Positions 58,204 to 60,806 of a stretch of DNA of 60,806 bases are shown piece by piece (positions within the stretch are counted from its first letter, which is position 1; each line of letters opens with the position of its first letter). The notes under the pieces were generated by a model. It saw only the letters and a program-made list of their open reading frames with translations, was not told the DNA's origin and ran no database searches. The stretch is from a virus (lineage: Duplodnaviria > Caudoviricetes): positions 1-60,806 of the IMG/VR virus record IMGVR_UViG_3300048573_000207; one strand, 5' to 3'. Both the position numbers and the translations under genes were made by a program.

Positions 58204-59785
58204 TGTCTAGTTCCTGTTCAAGTGCAGTTAAGTTCTCGTCATCTAAACCAGCCATGTCGTCATCATCTGGGACTTCGTCTGCTGTTTCAAAGATGTCATT
58301 GCTCTTGGCCTTACGGGCCGCTTCAACACCACCAAAGCTGATTGAGTTCAAGAACGTTGTGTTGTCGGAAATCATTTGACGCTTGTCTGCCATTGGTGTA
58401 GCAGGATCAAACAACACTTCAACAAAGTTGTTAAAGTACAAGATGTCATTGGGAAGGAACTCGCTTAGGTTAGGAGCCTTTTTGCCATAACCTGTTGCAT
58501 CTCGATAATCAACGTTGGGATTACGTGCATACTCGATGTCAGCCAGTCGCAATGTTTCTTGTACAGCTTGAATGTGGTTGTACACGTTATGAGCCATAAC
58601 AAACAAGTACGAAATAGTGTCCCAACTTGTTTTACCAATCTTGCCATTCTTGTTGGCATCGTTTGGACCAAGATAGCAAATGTCACCTGCAACCAAGCGT
58701 TCCATAATAGGACCTTGGTGAGGCATTTCCAATTGCGAACCCTTCATACTCTTGTTGTCAACGCTCTTACTCATTGAGTAAGTCAGCTTGTTGGGAGTAA
58801 AGTAGTTGTAATTGTAACTCAATGCATAACCACCTGCTGCCACAAAAGGACTAGCAGCATCAAAGCTGATGTTGATATTAGGGTTGTAATGCTTTTGCAG
58901 CTGACGTTTGATAGATGTCAAGTAGCAAGCCCACTTTAGACGACCAATACCCAAGAAGTGAATCCAATCCTTGTCAGCGATCAAATCATCTTCGATCAAG
59001 TCCAGCATACGATTCAGTACGCTTGGCATGTGCTTCATGTTGATACCAGCAAACGCCCAACCTTCTAATGTACGATCTTTAGAGTAGCCCATTTCTTCAA
59101 CAGACTCTGGCTTACTAAAGTGTTTGATTGTGTCGTACCATTGCTTGGAGTTATCTGGTGTGCTACCAGAGATAACATTTAGAAACTTTGTAGCACCTGG
59201 TACACGATGCTTCATAAAGTAATGAAGGTTGTGTACTGAAATGTCTAGTGTATCTTCAAACTTGGTTAGACCTGTTTTAGCACTTAGCGGAGGGACGGCA
59301 GCAAACGCAGGAACGTCAAGTGTCATTGACCAATCGGAAGTGTGTTCTAAGTAACGTAGAATTTCTTCACGGAACTTGTCACCTTCGGCACCTTTGATGT
59401 TCTTCCAATCCATCTTGATAACACCAGTGGCCAATTGGAAACCAGAGCTATCACCTACGATAATTGTTTTGCTACGATCACGTTTGTGAATCATTGGCTC
59501 TTTGTCATCACAGCGAGTCAGGTTGCGATCAGCATGTCCTGCTGAGTACAGAGCTACGCCATAGTGATAGTAAGAGTTTTCAGGGTCTAAAAAGTTAGTG
59601 CCTTCGATACCTTTTTCAAACTTTGCAGGTACGCGGCCCGGCGGTAGGAAATTGGGATCGGATGCAATCTTACCTAGCGTCTTAGTGTAGAATCCACTAA
59701 TGGCTGGCAAATATACTGCCCATTTAAATTTTCCATCAGCATCACGAGCACGGTCCGTTAAATCAACAGTTGGACTATTTTTCAT
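58193..59785 (-). CDS. tRNA-guanine transglycosylase-like DNA base-exchange enzyme (DpdA-like)
   Basis: GDSSGFQ, MTLDVP, IHFLG and SFDAASP motifs of the TGT fold; context with folE/queE. Confidence 0.7.
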   Translation of the reverse strand: MKNSPTVDLTDRARDADGKFKWAVYLPAISGFYTKTLGKIASDPNFLPPGRVPAKFEKGIEGTNFLDPENSYYHYGVALYSAGHADRNLTRCDDKEPMIHKRDRSKTIIVGDSSGFQLATGVIKMDWKNIKGAEGDKFREEILRYLEHTSDWSMTLDVPAFAAVPPLSAKTGLTKFEDTLDISVHNLHYFMKHRVPGATKFLNVISGSTPDNSKQWYDTIKHFSKPESVEEMGYSKDRTLEGWAFAGINMKHMPSVLNRMLDLIEDDLIADKDWIHFLGIGRLKWACYLTSIKRQLQKHYNPNINISFDAASPFVAAGGYALSYNYNYFTPNKLTYSMSKSVDNKSMKGSQLEMPHQGPIMERLVAGDICYLGPNDANKNGKIGKTSWDTISYLFVMAHNVYNHIQAVQETLRLADIEYARNPNVDYRDATGYGKKAPNLSEFLPNDILYFNNFVEVLFDPATPMADKRQMISDNTTFLNSISFGGVEAARKAKSNDIFETADEVPDDDDMAGLDDENLTALEQELDNDN

Positions 59786-60380
59786 TTTTTCTTTTCTCCC
59801 ATAATTTTTTCCTAGATTCAGACATTTTCTTTTTTGTTTCTTCGGACATTACTCGTCCTTTAAGAGCTGCACTTATTTTGGCTTTTTGCTCGGGAGTGTT
59901 TGGTCTACCCTTGTGAGACTCACTCATTTTTTTTCTAGTTTCTTCACTTACTTCAACACCAAGTCTACTACCTACTTGAACACCAGTTAATCCTTTATTC
60001 CATGGGATATTACCTTTACCAGCTTTGCTTAGATTTTTCTTATGCTCTTCGGATTTAGGCTTGCCGCTAGCTGCAATACTCATATTTTTCTTGTGCTCTT
60101 CAGATTTGGCCGTAGTATTACCAGTTGCGCCTTCGCCGCCATCTGTTCGATTGTGTAGTATCCCAGTTCCTGAATCTTTTCGACCATACCATCGAATCAT
60201 TCTTCTTTCAAGTGCAAACGCACCAGGTTCAGTTAAATTAGTTTCTAGCATGACTATCCTGGAATGATCCAGCGGTACATGTACATTAAGATGTTTGTTC
60301 CATGCACGACAATCTTTGCCTTTACCAATATAGTATGGTGTTAAATCGCTTGCTCGCAAGTAAGCATATACATAAAACAT
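59775..60380 (-). CDS. GIY-YIG-like homing endonuclease with NUMOD3 repeats
   Basis: YVYAYLR...PYYIGKG..RA...AF.LE...I..YGR.D...G.L.N.TDGGEG; SEEHKKN / SEETRKKMS repeats. Confidence 0.9.
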   Translation of the reverse strand: MFYVYAYLRASDLTPYYIGKGKDCRAWNKHLNVHVPLDHSRIVMLETNLTEPGAFALERRMIRWYGRKDSGTGILHNRTDGGEGATGNTTAKSEEHKKNMSIAASGKPKSEEHKKNLSKAGKGNIPWNKGLTGVQVGSRLGVEVSEETRKKMSESHKGRPNTPEQKAKISAALKGRVMSEETKKKMSESRKKLWEKRKNEK

Positions 60381-60437
60381 AGTAGTCTCCTATATGTTTA
60401 CTAATACGATTACTTGCGATATTAGCCTATTACTTGG

Positions 60438-60470
60438 TTAAATTGCTCGTTTAGTTAAGTCGATACTCAT
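60438..60470 (-). pseudogene. Orphan DpdA-like N-terminal stub (MSIDLTKRAI*)
   Basis: ATG overlaps the clamp stop (ATGA); IDLTKRA matches VDLTDRA near the start of the TGT-like protein. Confidence 0.75.
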
Positions 60471-60806
60471 TGCTGTGCAATTACTAGATATTCGTATGCA
60501 ATAACGCCACTATCAAATTCGATCTTGGCAACTTTTTCCGAGATACTGATAATCGGAGTACCTTGGCTTGCTGTTTTAAGTGCAAGCAACAAACTTTGGA
60601 TTGGCAATGTTACTGGACGCTTTAGTGTTTGTGTAGTGTCTGCAAACACAAACTTACCACTATGACCGCCACCTGCTGAGCCACCAAACGTAAAGATCAA
60701 CTTGCCGTTGTCTGTGGTAGCTACCAAGTTAGGATCAATGCTGGCATACAAGCCTGCACGTTGTGCCAACTCGCTGATCTTGTTAGCAGCCGGCTTGACA
60801 ACAACA
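60467..60806 (-). CDS. DNA polymerase sliding clamp (gp45-like), 5'-truncated by window edge
   Basis: NGKL.F.FG...H.G.FVF...I.FDSG...Y.Y...AQ C-terminus typical of large-phage clamps. Confidence 0.6.
   Translation of the reverse strand, partial: VVVKPAANKISELAQRAGLYASIDPNLVATTDNGKLIFTFGGSAGGGHSGKFVFADTTQTLKRPVTLPIQSLLLALKTASQGTPIISISEKVAKIEFDSGVIAYEYLVIAQQ

Noticed and set aside
1-60806. Stop-codon reassignment, tRNA genes, CRISPR arrays, reverse transcriptase/DGR
   Set aside because: Genes are full length and densely packed in the standard code; I saw no cloverleaf, repeat-spacer array or RT motif by eye, though a dedicated scan was not possible

Overview
A 60.8-kb piece of a large (jumbo-type, T4-distantly-related) myophage genome in the standard genetic code. 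The + strand left arm (1-21.5 kb) is a contractile-tail baseplate and tail module with gp53-, gp5-, gp25- and gp6-like genes and a 2900-aa structural protein. It ends in a protein with a (GGY)12 tract. Next comes a 14-kb block of modifying enzymes (glycosyltransferases, methyltransferase, 2OG-Fe(II) oxygenases, GNAT-like proteins, two PP-loop proteins, two membrane desaturases) containing thyX. The mostly minus-strand right arm carries sigma70-driven early/middle genes: MoxR-VWA pair, RNase H, an ArfA-like peptide, sugar-nucleotide enzymes, and a 7-deazaguanine DNA-modification set (QueE, FolE, a T-fold LxxxHRHxF protein, a TGT/DpdA-like enzyme). It ends in a sliding clamp. Six free-standing homing-type nucleases are present. 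Main observations: (1) three nucleases sit inside the first codons of thyX, the glycosyltransferase and the DpdA-like gene, each leaving an orphan N-terminal stub upstream and supplying a recoded replacement 5' end, with no intron or intein; (2) two other nucleases of different families share a covarying ~56-nt structured RNA leader. All protein calls come from motif recognition by eye, without database searches.
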